Source of the DNA: Alphaproteobacteria bacterium
GTDB lineage: Bacteria; Pseudomonadota; Alphaproteobacteria; Geminicoccales; Geminicoccaceae
DNA: 64,000 nt
Direction: 5' to 3'
Assembly: GCA_030431615.1 (NCBI GenBank)
Contig: JAUIID010000002.1
Span: 565-64,564 of the forward strand
A program made the position numbers and the translations under genes. Below are positions 9,145 to 18,549 of this stretch, piece after piece (the stretch's first letter is position 1; each line of letters begins with the position of its first letter). Under the pieces are notes generated by a model. The model ran no database searches. It saw only the letters and a program-made list of their open reading frames with translations, and was not told the DNA's origin.

Positions 9145-11437
9145 GGCGGGCACGATCGGCCGCGCCCTGGCGCATGACAGCGCCCTTCGCCACGTCACCG
9201 GCGAGGCTGTCTATGTCGACGACATGCCGGAGCCCGCCCGGTGCCTCGAGATCTACACGGCTTGGGCCAAATGCGCCCACGGGCGGATCACAAAGCTCGA
9301 CCTTGCCGCCGTCCGCGCGGCGCCGGGTGTCGTGGCCGTGCTGACCAATGACGACATTTTGGGCGTCAACGACATCAGCCCGGTCGGCCGTGACGACGAG
9401 CCCGTCTTCGCCACCGGCATCGTCCAGTTCTGGGGGCAGGCGCTCTTTGCCGTGGCGGCGGAGACGGTGCATGCGGCCCGTGCCGCGGCGGCACTCGCCG
9501 TGGTGGAATACGAGGCGCTGGCGCCCTTGCTCGATGTCGACGAGGCCCGGGCCCGGGAGGACCTCGTCTGGCCGCCGGGCCGGATGCAGCGGGGCGACGC
9601 GGCGCCGGCGCTGGCGGCGAGCCCCTGCCGGTTCGATGGCCGGCTCGCGATCGGCGGCCAGGACCATTTCTACCTCGAGGGCCACGTCGCCCTGGCGCTC
9701 CCCGGCGAGGCCGGCGACATGACCGTCTACAGCTCAACCCAGCACCCGAGCGAGGTGCAGCACATGGTGGCGCATGTGCTGGGCGTGCCGTCGCACAGTG
9801 TGACGGTCGAGGTCCGGCGCATGGGCGGCGGCTTCGGCGGCAAGGAGACGCAGAGCAATCTCTTCGCCTGCGTGGCCGCCCTCGCGGCGCGCCGGACCGG
9901 CCGCCCGGCCAAGTGCCGGCTCGACCGCGACGACGACATGATCATGACCGGCAAGCGGCATGAGTTCCTCGTCGACTACGCCGTCGGCTGCGAGCCGGAC
10001 GGGCGCATCCGCGCCGTCGACATGACCTTCGCCTCGCGCTGCGGCTACTCGGCCGACCTCTCCGGGCCGATCAACGACCGCGCCCTCTTCCACGCCGACA
10101 ACTGCTACTTCTACCCCGACGTGGCGCTCGCCTGCCTGCCCTGCCGCACCAACACGGTCTCGGCGACGGCCTTTCGCGGCTTCGGCGGGCCGCAGGGCAT
10201 GGTGGCGGCCGAGCGGGTGATCGAGGAGGTCGCGATCCGGACCGGGCTCGACGCGCTCGAGGTCAGGAAGCGCAATTTCTACGGGTCGGGCGAGCGCGCG
10301 GTCACACCCTACTGGATGACCATCGAGGACAACGTCATCGAGCGGGTGGTGAGCGAGTGCGAGCAGGATGCCGGCTACGCGGCAAGGCGGGCCGCCGTCC
10401 GCCGCTTCAACACCGACAACCGCTGGCAGAAGAAGGGCCTGGCGCTGACGCCGGTGAAGTTCGGCATCTCCTTCACCAACACCGCCTACAACCAGGCGGG
10501 GGCACTGATCCACATCTACAAGGACGGCTCGGTCCACCTGAACCATGGCGGCACCGAGATGGGGCAGGGGCTCTTCATCAAGGTGGCGCAGGTGGTGGCC
10601 GAGGAACTGGCGCTGCCGCTGGACCGCATCAAGATCACGGCTACCACCACCGGCAAGGTGCCGAACACCTCGGCGACGGCGGCGTCCTCGGGTTCGGACC
10701 TCAACGGCATGGCGGCCCAGGTCGCGGCGCGCGAGCTGAAGGCGCGGCTCGTCGCCTTCGCCGCAGAGCAGCACCAGATGCCGGCCGACGCCGTGGACTG
10801 GCTGCCGGGCCGGGTGAAGGTGGCGGGCGACGAGATCACCTTCGACCGGCTCGTCCACGACGCCTACATGGCCCGCGTCCAGCTCTCCGCCACGGGCTTC
10901 TACAAGACCCCGGAGATCCACTGGGACCGCGCCACGGGCCGGGGCAAGCCCTTCTACTACTTCGCCTATGGTGCCGCCTGCAGCGAGGTCACCATCGACA
11001 CGCTCACCGGCGAGTACCGGGTCGACCGCGTCGACATCGTCCACGACGTCGGCCGCTCGCTCAACCCTGCCATCGACATGGGCCAGATCGAGGGCGGCTT
11101 CATCCAGGGCATGGGCTGGCTCACCACCGAGGAGCTGGTCTGGGACAAGGAAGGCCGGCTGCGCACTCACGCGCCCTCGACCTACAAGATCCCGACTGCC
11201 GCCGACCGGCCGGAAATCCTGAACATCCGCCTCTTGGAGAATACGAACCCCAAGGCCACGATCCACCGCTCCAAGGCCGTGGGCGAGCCGCCCCTCATGC
11301 TCGCCATATCCGTCTGGCAGGCGCTCTCCGACGCGGTGGCCGCGACGGCGGACCACAAGCACCCGGCAAAGCTCGACCCGCCGGCGACACCCGAGAAGGT
11401 GCTCATGGCAATCGACCGGCTGGCGGGGCCTCGATGA
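9137..11437 (+). CDS. xdhB: xanthine dehydrogenase molybdopterin-binding subunit
   Basis: Internal ATG ([29 protein letters not shown]). GGGFGGKE and FRGFGGPQG motifs. 8-nt overlap with xdhA. Confidence 0.93.
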   Translation: MVEAGTIGRALAHDSALRHVTGEAVYVDDMPEPARCLEIYTAWAKCAHGRITKLDLAAVRAAPGVVAVLTNDDILGVNDISPVGRDDEPVFATGIVQFWGQALFAVAAETVHAARAAAALAVVEYEALAPLLDVDEARAREDLVWPPGRMQRGDAAPALAASPCRFDGRLAIGGQDHFYLEGHVALALPGEAGDMTVYSSTQHPSEVQHMVAHVLGVPSHSVTVEVRRMGGGFGGKETQSNLFACVAALAARRTGRPAKCRLDRDDDMIMTGKRHEFLVDYAVGCEPDGRIRAVDMTFASRCGYSADLSGPINDRALFHADNCYFYPDVALACLPCRTNTVSATAFRGFGGPQGMVAAERVIEEVAIRTGLDALEVRKRNFYGSGERAVTPYWMTIEDNVIERVVSECEQDAGYAARRAAVRRFNTDNRWQKKGLALTPVKFGISFTNTAYNQAGALIHIYKDGSVHLNHGGTEMGQGLFIKVAQVVAEELALPLDRIKITATTTGKVPNTSATAASSGSDLNGMAAQVAARELKARLVAFAAEQHQMPADAVDWLPGRVKVAGDEITFDRLVHDAYMARVQLSATGFYKTPEIHWDRATGRGKPFYYFAYGAACSEVTIDTLTGEYRVDRVDIVHDVGRSLNPAIDMGQIEGGFIQGMGWLTTEELVWDKEGRLRTHAPSTYKIPTAADRPEILNIRLLENTNPKATIHRSKAVGEPPLMLAISVWQALSDAVAATADHKHPAKLDPPATPEKVLMAIDRLAGPR

Positions 11438-12291
11438 CCGAAGCCCTCGTCGCCGCCCTTGCCGCCATCGATCGGGAGGAGCCGACGATCCTCGTCGAGA
11501 TCGTCGAGGCGCTCGGCTCCACGCCGCGTGAGGTGGGGGCGCTGATGCTGGTCACGGGCGATGGCCTCGCCGGCACGATCGGCGGGGGCGAGCTCGAGCA
11601 TCGGGCGATGCTCAGGGCGCGCGAGGCGCTAGCGGGCGAGCCCTTGCCGGAGCAGCTCGACCTGCCGCTCGGCCCGGCGCTGGCGCAGTGCTGCGGCGGG
11701 CATGTGACGCTGCGCCTGCGGCATCTGGCGCCGGCCGATCGGGCGGCGCTGGCCGAACGGCTCGCGGCGCGGGAGGCGGCGCTGCCGCGCGTCGTCCTCT
11801 TCGGTGCCGGCCATGTCGGCCGGGCGGTGGTCGCCGCCCTCGCACCCTTGCCCTGCCGCGTCCTCTGGCTGGACAGCCGCCCCGGCCAGCTGCCGGCGGA
11901 TGCGCCGGGGCAGGTCGAAACGCTCGAGATCGCCGATCCCGCGGGCTTCGCCACGGCACCGGGTGACCTCGTGCTGGTGATGACGCACAGCCATCCGCTC
12001 GATCTCGCCATCGTCGAGGCGATGCTGCGGCGGGGCAGCTTCGCCTGGCTCGGCCTGATCGGCTCGGAGACCAAGCGGCGGCGCTTCGAGCGGCAGCTCG
12101 CCGCCGAAGGGCTTTCGGCCGCCCGGCTCGTCTGCCCGATCGGCCTTGCCGCCATAACCGGCAAGGAGCCGGCCGTGATCGCCGCTTCGGTGGCAGCGCA
12201 GCTGCTCGTCGCCATGGAAGCCCTGGGGCATGGACGCTTTGGCCCGGGGCCAGCAGAACAGGAGCGTCGCCTGATGTATGTCGTCCGATGA
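11434..12291 (+). CDS. xdhC: xanthine dehydrogenase accessory protein XdhC
   Basis: ATGA overlap with xdhB. Motifs VEALGSTPRE.GA.M, GTIGGGELE and FGAGHVG. 285 aa. Confidence 0.88.
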   Translation: MTEALVAALAAIDREEPTILVEIVEALGSTPREVGALMLVTGDGLAGTIGGGELEHRAMLRAREALAGEPLPEQLDLPLGPALAQCCGGHVTLRLRHLAPADRAALAERLAAREAALPRVVLFGAGHVGRAVVAALAPLPCRVLWLDSRPGQLPADAPGQVETLEIADPAGFATAPGDLVLVMTHSHPLDLAIVEAMLRRGSFAWLGLIGSETKRRRFERQLAAEGLSAARLVCPIGLAAITGKEPAVIAASVAAQLLVAMEALGHGRFGPGPAEQERRLMYVVR

Positions 12292-13847
12292 CGGTGGCCC
12301 GGCTGGTTCTTTCCGGCATCCGCAAGGCCTATCCGGGCGTGCTCGCCAATGACGACGTGGCGCTGACCATCGGCCAGGGCGAGATCCACGCGCTGCTCGG
12401 CGAGAACGGGGCCGGCAAGTCGACCCTGGTGAAGATCATCTACGGGGTGCTCGCCCCCGACGCCGGCGAGATCGCCTGGGAGGGCCGGACGGTGACGATC
12501 GCGTCGCCGCATGCCGCCCGCTCCCTCGGCATCGGCATGGTGTTCCAGCACTTCTCGCTCTTCGATGCCCTGACGGTGCTCGAGAACGTCGCCCTCGGCC
12601 TCGACGCCAAGCTCGACCGCAAGACCCTGGCCGAGCGCATCACCGAGGTCTCGGAGGCCTACGGCCTGCCCCTCGACCCGCATCGCGAGGTGCACGAGCT
12701 CTCGGTCGGCGAGCGGCAGCGCATCGAGATCGTCCGCTGCCTCCTGCAGAACCCCCGGCTCCTGATCATGGACGAGCCGACCTCGGTCCTGACCCCGCAG
12801 GAGGTCGAGCGGCTCTTCCTGACGCTTCGCCAGCTCGCTGCCGAAGGCGTCTCCATCCTCTATATCAGCCACAAGCTGCACGAGATCGAGGCCCTCTGCG
12901 ACGCCGCCACCATCATGCGCGGCGGCAAGGTCGTGGCGCATTGCGATCCCCGGACCGAGACCGCGCGCAGCATGGCGGAGCTCATGGTGGGGAGTTCCTT
13001 CGCCGCACCCGAGAAGCCGGAGAAGCGCCTGAAGCGAGCCCCCCGCTTCTCGGTCAACGCCCTCGACCTGCCGACCGCCGAGGTCTTCGGCACGGCGCTC
13101 CAGGGGATCAGCTTCGACGTCCAGGTCGGCGAGATCTTCGGCATTGCCGGGGTCGCCGGCAACGGCCAGAGCGAGCTTCTCGCAGCACTCTCCGGCGAGC
13201 GGCTGACGGTGCCGGAAGCCGTCGTCATCGACGGCCAGAAGATCGGCCGGCTCGGCCCGAGAGCCCGGCGCATGCACGGCCTCGCCTACATCCCCGAGGA
13301 GCGAAACGGCCATGCGGCGGTGCCGGATCTCACCCTCGCCGACAATGCGCTGCTCTCGGCCTTTGACCGGCGCGGCCTGCTCTCGTCCGGGGTCATCCGC
13401 CATGCCCGGGCCAGTGCCTTCGCCCGGGAGATCATCGACCGCTTCAGCGTGCGCGCGACCGGGCCCATGGCCCGTGCCTCCGCCCTTTCGGGCGGCAATC
13501 TGCAGAAGTTCGTGGTGGGCCGCGAGATCCTCCAGGCGCCGAACGTGCTGATCGCCGCCCAGCCGACCTGGGGCGTGGATGCCGGTGCCGCCGCCGCCAT
13601 CCACCAGGCGCTCATCGACCTCGCCGGTCACGGCGTCGCCGTCCTCGTGGTGAGCCAGGACCTCGACGAGCTGATGGGGCTCACCGACCGCATGGCGGTG
13701 CTCAATGGCGGCCGGCTGTCGCGGCCGCTGGTCACCGCCGACGCCACGGTCGAGCAGATCGGCCTCTTGATGGGCGGGCTGCACGACCTGCCGGACGAAG
13801 TGCCCCAGAGCGACGGCCAGCCGGAGGCGACGCATGCTCAGGCTTGA
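12288..13847 (+). CDS. ABC transporter ATP-binding protein, duplicated ATPase (BMP/nucleoside-uptake type)
   Basis: Two ABC cassettes (GENGAGKST Walker A, LSVGERQR and LSGGNLQK signatures). ATGA overlap with xdhC. Confidence 0.9.
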   Translation: MTVARLVLSGIRKAYPGVLANDDVALTIGQGEIHALLGENGAGKSTLVKIIYGVLAPDAGEIAWEGRTVTIASPHAARSLGIGMVFQHFSLFDALTVLENVALGLDAKLDRKTLAERITEVSEAYGLPLDPHREVHELSVGERQRIEIVRCLLQNPRLLIMDEPTSVLTPQEVERLFLTLRQLAAEGVSILYISHKLHEIEALCDAATIMRGGKVVAHCDPRTETARSMAELMVGSSFAAPEKPEKRLKRAPRFSVNALDLPTAEVFGTALQGISFDVQVGEIFGIAGVAGNGQSELLAALSGERLTVPEAVVIDGQKIGRLGPRARRMHGLAYIPEERNGHAAVPDLTLADNALLSAFDRRGLLSSGVIRHARASAFAREIIDRFSVRATGPMARASALSGGNLQKFVVGREILQAPNVLIAAQPTWGVDAGAAAAIHQALIDLAGHGVAVLVVSQDLDELMGLTDRMAVLNGGRLSRPLVTADATVEQIGLLMGGLHDLPDEVPQSDGQPEATHAQA

Positions 13848-14919
13848 ACCCCGGGCCGCCATCAGCCGGAAGATGCGCTGGCTGACGCCACTCCTCGCCG
13901 TGGCGCTGACCGTGCTGACCGGGGCCGTCCTCTTCGCTGCCATGGGCTACGACCCGATCCAGTCGCTCAGGGCCTTCTTCGTCGATCCGCTGACCAGCCG
14001 CTACGGCCTCGCCGAGCTCGGGGTCAAGGCGACGCCCTTGATCCTGATCGCCACCGGCCTTGCCGTCGGCTTTCGCGCCGGGGTCTGGAACATCGGTGCG
14101 GAGGGCCAGCTCACGCTGGGTGCGCTCGCCGGCGGCAGCGTGGCGCTGCTCTTCTGGGACCAGGAGGGCTGGTGGATCCTGCCGCTCATGGGCATTGCCG
14201 GGGTCATCGGTGGCATGGCCTGGGCGGCGATCCCGGCCTTCCTCAAGGCGCGCTTCGACGTCAACGAGATCCTGGTAAGCCTGATGCTCACCTATGTGGG
14301 CCTCCTGCTCCTGAGTGCCCTGATCTACGGGCCACTAAAGAGCCCCGAGGGCTTCGGCTTTCCGGAATCCCGCATGTTCTCGGAAAGCGCCGTGCTGCCC
14401 GGCCTCCTCGAGGGGACCAGGCTGCATCTGGGGGCGGCGATCACCGCTCTCGTCGTCCTCGTCGTCTGGTTCCTGATGACCCGCACGCTCTTCGGCTTCC
14501 AGGTCACGGTGATCGGCCAGGCGCCGGCGGCGGCACGCTTCGCCGGCTTCTCGCAGAAGGCGATGATCTGGACGAGCCTCCTGCTCGGCGGCGGCCTCGC
14601 CGGGCTCGCCGGCCTCTTCGAGGTGGCGGGGCCGATCGGCCAGATCGTCCCGACCATCTCGCCGGGTTACGGCTTCACCGCGATCATCGTGGCCTTTCTC
14701 GGCCGCCTGCACCCCTTCGGCATCGTCCTCGCCGGGCTCCTCGTGGCGCTCTCCTATCTCGGCGGCGAGAACGCCCAGATCACGGTCGGTATGCCGCAGG
14801 CGGTCACCGGCGTGTTCCAGGGCATGCTGCTCTTCTTCCTGCTCGCCGCCGACGTGCTGGTGCGCTACCGGCTGCGCTTCGGCAGCCCGGCATCTTCCCC
14901 CCGAGCGGCGAGGAGCTGA
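13834..14919 (+). CDS. ABC transporter permease
   Basis: 361-aa polytopic ORF that overlaps the ATPase gene by 14 nt. Typical of the first permease in BMP-family importers. Confidence 0.88.
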   Translation: MLRLEPRAAISRKMRWLTPLLAVALTVLTGAVLFAAMGYDPIQSLRAFFVDPLTSRYGLAELGVKATPLILIATGLAVGFRAGVWNIGAEGQLTLGALAGGSVALLFWDQEGWWILPLMGIAGVIGGMAWAAIPAFLKARFDVNEILVSLMLTYVGLLLLSALIYGPLKSPEGFGFPESRMFSESAVLPGLLEGTRLHLGAAITALVVLVVWFLMTRTLFGFQVTVIGQAPAAARFAGFSQKAMIWTSLLLGGGLAGLAGLFEVAGPIGQIVPTISPGYGFTAIIVAFLGRLHPFGIVLAGLLVALSYLGGENAQITVGMPQAVTGVFQGMLLFFLLAADVLVRYRLRFGSPASSPRAARS

Positions 14920-14923
14920 AGCC

Positions 14924-15847
14924 ATGGACCCGGTCACGGCCCTCCTCGTCACCGTCGTCACCGCCGCCACACCGCTGCTCTTCGCTGCCGTGGGCGAGCT
15001 CGTCGTCGAGCGCTCGGGTGTCCTGAACCTCGGCGTCGAGGGCATGATGCTGGCGGGCGCCGTCACCGGTTTCGCCGTGACGCTCACCACCGGCAGCGGC
15101 ACGATCGGCATCATCGCGGCAGCCTTCGCCGGTGCCGCCATGGCGCTGGTCTTCGGCTTCCTCACCCTGACGCTGCTCGCCAACCAGGTAGCGACGGGGC
15201 TGGCGCTTACGATCTTCGGCGTCGGGCTCTCGGCGCTGGTCGGCTCGGGTTTCGTCGGCACGCCCCTGCCGCGCCTGCCCCGGCTTGACCTCCCCGGCCT
15301 CACTGACCTGCCGGTCGTCGGGCCGCTCCTCTTCGGCCACGACGTGCTGGTCTACATGGCCGTCCTCCTCACCCTCGCCGTCGCCTGGTTCCTGGCCCGC
15401 AGCCGCGCCGGCATGATCCTGCGCGCGGTCGGCGAGAACCACGAGGCGGCGCACGGCCTGGGCTATCCGGTGATCCGTATCCGCTATTTCGCGGTACTCT
15501 TCGGCGGGCTCTCCGCCGGGCTCGGCGGCGCCTTCCTCTCGCTCGCCTACACGCCCATGTGGATCGAGCAGATGACGGCCGGCCGGGGCTGGATCGCGCT
15601 CGCACTCGTCGTCTTCGCCGCGTGGCGGCCACTTCGGGTGCTCGTCGGCGCCTATCTCTTCGGCGGCGTCACGATCCTGCAGCTCCATGCGCAGGGCATG
15701 GGTCTCTTTGCGGTGCCGAGCCAGGTGCTGTCGATGCTGCCCTACCTCGCCACCATCGTTGTCCTCGTCGTCATTTCCGTCGGACCCTGGAAAGGCCGCC
15801 TCCAGGCGCCGGCCTGCCTCGGCCGGCCCTTCCATCCGACGCACTGA
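14924..15847 (+). CDS. ABC transporter permease
   Basis: 307-aa polytopic ORF, 4 nt after the previous stop. Second permease of the same importer. Confidence 0.88.
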   Translation: MDPVTALLVTVVTAATPLLFAAVGELVVERSGVLNLGVEGMMLAGAVTGFAVTLTTGSGTIGIIAAAFAGAAMALVFGFLTLTLLANQVATGLALTIFGVGLSALVGSGFVGTPLPRLPRLDLPGLTDLPVVGPLLFGHDVLVYMAVLLTLAVAWFLARSRAGMILRAVGENHEAAHGLGYPVIRIRYFAVLFGGLSAGLGGAFLSLAYTPMWIEQMTAGRGWIALALVVFAAWRPLRVLVGAYLFGGVTILQLHAQGMGLFAVPSQVLSMLPYLATIVVLVVISVGPWKGRLQAPACLGRPFHPTH

Positions 15848-15882
15848 CCAACGCCAGAACCGATCAGGGGAGACTTTCCGCC

Positions 15883-16761
15883 ATGGCCGAGCTCGCCGGG
15901 CTCTATGCCGCACTGCCCACCGCCTTCGATGCGTCCTTCGCCTATGACGGCACCGCGCAGGCGGCCCTTGCCCGCCATGCCCGGAGCCTCGGCATGGAGG
16001 GCGTCTTCGTCGGCGGCAGCACCGCCGAGGTGCACAGCCTCTCGCTCGGCGAGCGCCTCGCCGCCCTGCGCGACGTGGCGGAAGCGCTGCCGTCCGGCAT
16101 ACGGCGGATCGCCCATGTGGGCGCCATGCAGCTCGACGACGTGCTCGCCTTGACCGACGCCGCGGCCGAACTCGGCTACGACGCGGTTGCCTCGACCCCG
16201 CCCTTCTACTCGCCCTACTCGGCCGCCGACCGGCGCTGGTTCTTCGAGCTTCTGGTCGAGCGCAGCCGGCTGCCAGTCTTCTTCTACCATATTCCCTCGC
16301 TCACCGGCCTCGCTTTGCCGCAGGCGGAGGTCCTGGAACTCCTGGCGCTGCCGGGCATCGTCGGCATGAAGCTGAGCCACTCGGACATCGACCTCGTGCT
16401 CCGCGCCAAGGCGGCGATGCCCGGAAAGCTCGTGCTCTTCGGCTCCGACAACCTCCTGCTGCCGGCCCTTGCCGCCGGCGCCGATGGCGGGGTCGGCAGC
16501 ACCTACAACCTCTTCGGCCGGCAGATCGTGGGCCTGCGCGACGCCGTCGCCGCCGGCGATCTGGGCCTTGCCCGCCGCCTGCAGGCCGAGATCAACAGCG
16601 GCATCGCGGCCCTGGTCGAGGCCGGTGTCTTTCCGGCGCTGAAGGCCGGGCTGGCCGCCATGGGTGTGCCCTGCGGTGCCTGCCGGCCGCCAGCCCGCCC
16701 GCTCGACGAGGCGGTCGCGGCAAGGCTGCGGGAACGCCTGCAACCGTTGATATCTGCCTGA
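15883..16761 (+). CDS. DapA/NanA-family class I aldolase-like protein
   Basis: 292 aa from an internal ATG preceded by GGGGAG. VGGSTAE (compare GGSTGE), FFYHIPSLTG (catalytic Tyr region) and VGMKLSHSD (Schiff-base Lys region). Confidence 0.8.
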   Translation: MAELAGLYAALPTAFDASFAYDGTAQAALARHARSLGMEGVFVGGSTAEVHSLSLGERLAALRDVAEALPSGIRRIAHVGAMQLDDVLALTDAAAELGYDAVASTPPFYSPYSAADRRWFFELLVERSRLPVFFYHIPSLTGLALPQAEVLELLALPGIVGMKLSHSDIDLVLRAKAAMPGKLVLFGSDNLLLPALAAGADGGVGSTYNLFGRQIVGLRDAVAAGDLGLARRLQAEINSGIAALVEAGVFPALKAGLAAMGVPCGACRPPARPLDEAVAARLRERLQPLISA

Positions 16762-16764
16762 TTT

Positions 16765-16780
16765 CCGGGCAGCCGCCCGG
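16765..16780 (+). other. short GC hairpin after the aldolase-like gene
   Basis: CCGGGC-AGCC-GCCCGG, 4 nt after the stop codon. No T-run. Confidence 0.3.
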
Positions 16781-16870
16781 CGGTGCGGGCGGCGCTTGCC
16801 AAGGCCGGAAGCCACTCGTTATTGCAGAGGTCACGCCGCTCCTCGGCACACCTGAAGGGAGACCAAAGGG

Positions 16871-17950
16871 ATGACTCCTCGCCTCACCCGCCGCCATATG
16901 CTCGGCACCGCCGCCTCGGGCGCGGCACTCCTGACGGCGCCACGCCTTGGTCGCGCCCAGATGGACAAGGTCCGCGCCGGCTTCGTCTATGTCGGCCCCA
17001 TCGGCGACCATGGCTGGACCTATCGCCACGATGTCGGCCGGCTCGACCTCGAGGCGGCGCTCGGCGACAAGGTCGAGACGAGCTTCGTCGAGAACGTCGC
17101 CGAGGGGCCGGATGCCGAGCGCGTCATCCGCCAGCTCGCCACCGGCAACGACATCGTCTTCACGACCTCCTTCGGCTTCATGAACCCGACCGTGCGGGTC
17201 GCCCGGCAGTTCCCGAACGTCAAGTTCGAGCACTGCACCGGCTACCAGACGGCGGAGAACGTCGCCGTCTACAACGCCAAGTTCCACGAGGGACGGGCGG
17301 TGATCGGCACGATCGCCGGCCACATGTCGAAGTCCGGCATCGTCGGCTATATCGGCTCCTTCCCGATCCCCGAGGTCGTGATGGGCATCAACGCCTTCCA
17401 GCTCGCCATGCGCAAGGTGCGTCCCGACTGCGAGATCCGCGTCGTCTGGGTCAATTCCTGGTACGACCCGGGCAAGGAGGCCGATGCCGCCCGCACGCTG
17501 ATCGACCAGGGTGCGGACATGATCAGCCAGCACACCGATAGCCCGGCACCGCTCCAGGTCGCCGAGGAGCGGGGCGTCCACGGCTTCGGCCAGGCTTCCG
17601 ACATGGCTGCCTTCGCGCCCAACGCGCAGCTCACCGCCATCATCGACAACTGGGGTCCCCACTACATCCAGCGGACCCAGGCGGTGCTCGACGGCACCTG
17701 GGCGACGCAGAACTTCTGGCACGGGTTGAAGGACGGCGAGGTGGAGATCGCCCCCTACAACCCCAACGTGCCGTCAAACGTCATCGAGGCTGCCGAGGCC
17801 GTGCGCCTCGGCATCATCGACGGGACCGTCCACCCCTTTGCCGGGCCGATCAAGAACCAGGCCGGCGAGGTCGTCGTCGCCGAGGGCGAGTCGCTGAGCG
17901 ACGAGGACCTGCTCAAGATGGACTGGTACGTCGAGGGCGTGCAGGCCTGA
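16871..17950 (+). CDS. BMP-family (PnrA/Med-like) ABC substrate-binding protein
   Basis: 359 aa. Tat-like signal TRRHMLGTAASGAALL...AQ. Motifs GFVYVGPIGDHGW, VFTTSFGF and GYIGSFPIPEV are typical of the BMP family. Confidence 0.88.
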   Translation: MTPRLTRRHMLGTAASGAALLTAPRLGRAQMDKVRAGFVYVGPIGDHGWTYRHDVGRLDLEAALGDKVETSFVENVAEGPDAERVIRQLATGNDIVFTTSFGFMNPTVRVARQFPNVKFEHCTGYQTAENVAVYNAKFHEGRAVIGTIAGHMSKSGIVGYIGSFPIPEVVMGINAFQLAMRKVRPDCEIRVVWVNSWYDPGKEADAARTLIDQGADMISQHTDSPAPLQVAEERGVHGFGQASDMAAFAPNAQLTAIIDNWGPHYIQRTQAVLDGTWATQNFWHGLKDGEVEIAPYNPNVPSNVIEAAEAVRLGIIDGTVHPFAGPIKNQAGEVVVAEGESLSDEDLLKMDWYVEGVQA

Positions 17951-17978
17951 TCCGGCACTGCTGTTAACGATTTCCTGA

Positions 17979-18009
17979 CTGCATCCCGTGCATGATGGGC
18001 GGGATGCAG
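17979..18009 (+). terminator. 10-bp perfect hairpin downstream of the transporter operon
   Basis: CTGCATCCCG / 11-nt loop / CGGGATGCAG, 29 nt after the substrate-binding protein stop. No T-run, so function as a terminator is inferred. Confidence 0.4.
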
Positions 18010-18026
18010 CTCGGGAGTCGTGGTCG

Positions 18027-18200
18027 ATGCGCGTGGTTGTCCTGATCGGTTCGCTCGGTCTTCTGACCCTCGCCGCGTGCACCGCACGCGTCACCCCGCC
18101 GAAGATCGAGGTCGAGGCGAAGCCCGCCGTCGAGATCGACGTGGGCGGCGATACGGGCAAGTTCTGTCCGCCGGGCCAGGCCAAGAAGGGCCGCTGCTGA
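18027..18200 (+). CDS. small lipoprotein (57 aa)
   Basis: MRVVVLIGSLGLLTLAAC lipobox. The C-terminus is ...GKFCPPGQAKKGRC. Confidence 0.55.
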   Translation: MRVVVLIGSLGLLTLAACTARVTPPKIEVEAKPAVEIDVGGDTGKFCPPGQAKKGRC

Positions 18201-18280
18201 GCTGCTGGACGGCCCGCCAGACTTGCCATGGCCGGAAATCGCGTCAATTCTGTAGTGTGCGCTTAACAGACGGGAGAACG

Positions 18281-18457
18281 ATGATGCGTTTCGCTGCGAT
18301 TGCCTGCGCCGCCATCCTGGGTCTCGCCGCAAGCTCGGCCTGGGCTTGCACCTACGAGAGCGCAAAATCCTCCGACGTCTTCGCCCAGGCCACGAGCTCG
18401 ACGCCGCCGGCGCAGAGCACGCCGGTTCGTCTGCCGGAGACCGACGAGAAGGGCTGA
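18281..18457 (+). CDS. small secreted protein (58 aa)
   Basis: GGGAGA RBS. MMRFAAIACAAILGLAASSAWA signal peptide, followed by a Ser/Thr/Pro-rich tail. Confidence 0.5.
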   Translation: MMRFAAIACAAILGLAASSAWACTYESAKSSDVFAQATSSTPPAQSTPVRLPETDEKG

Positions 18458-18549
18458 TCCGCGTCGATCGGTCCTCGCGTCAGCCTTGACACGGGCCGGC
18501 CCGGTCGGCCCGTTCTTTCCCGATGTGCGCGACGACGGGAGCATCGGGA

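Noticed and set aside
11403-13943. 846-aa minus-strand ORF antisense to xdhC and the ABC ATPase. Similar giant antisense or alternate-frame ORFs occur at 5496-6746, 7654-9198, 9734-11362, 31646-33835, 31825-33846, 41307-44366, 57794-60415 and 59445-62456.
   Set aside because: They are Arg/Ala/Gly/Pro-rich and low-complexity, and no domain motif is visible. Each lies opposite or out of frame to a gene with clear family signatures. This is the typical stop-codon-poor shadow ORF of GC-rich DNA.
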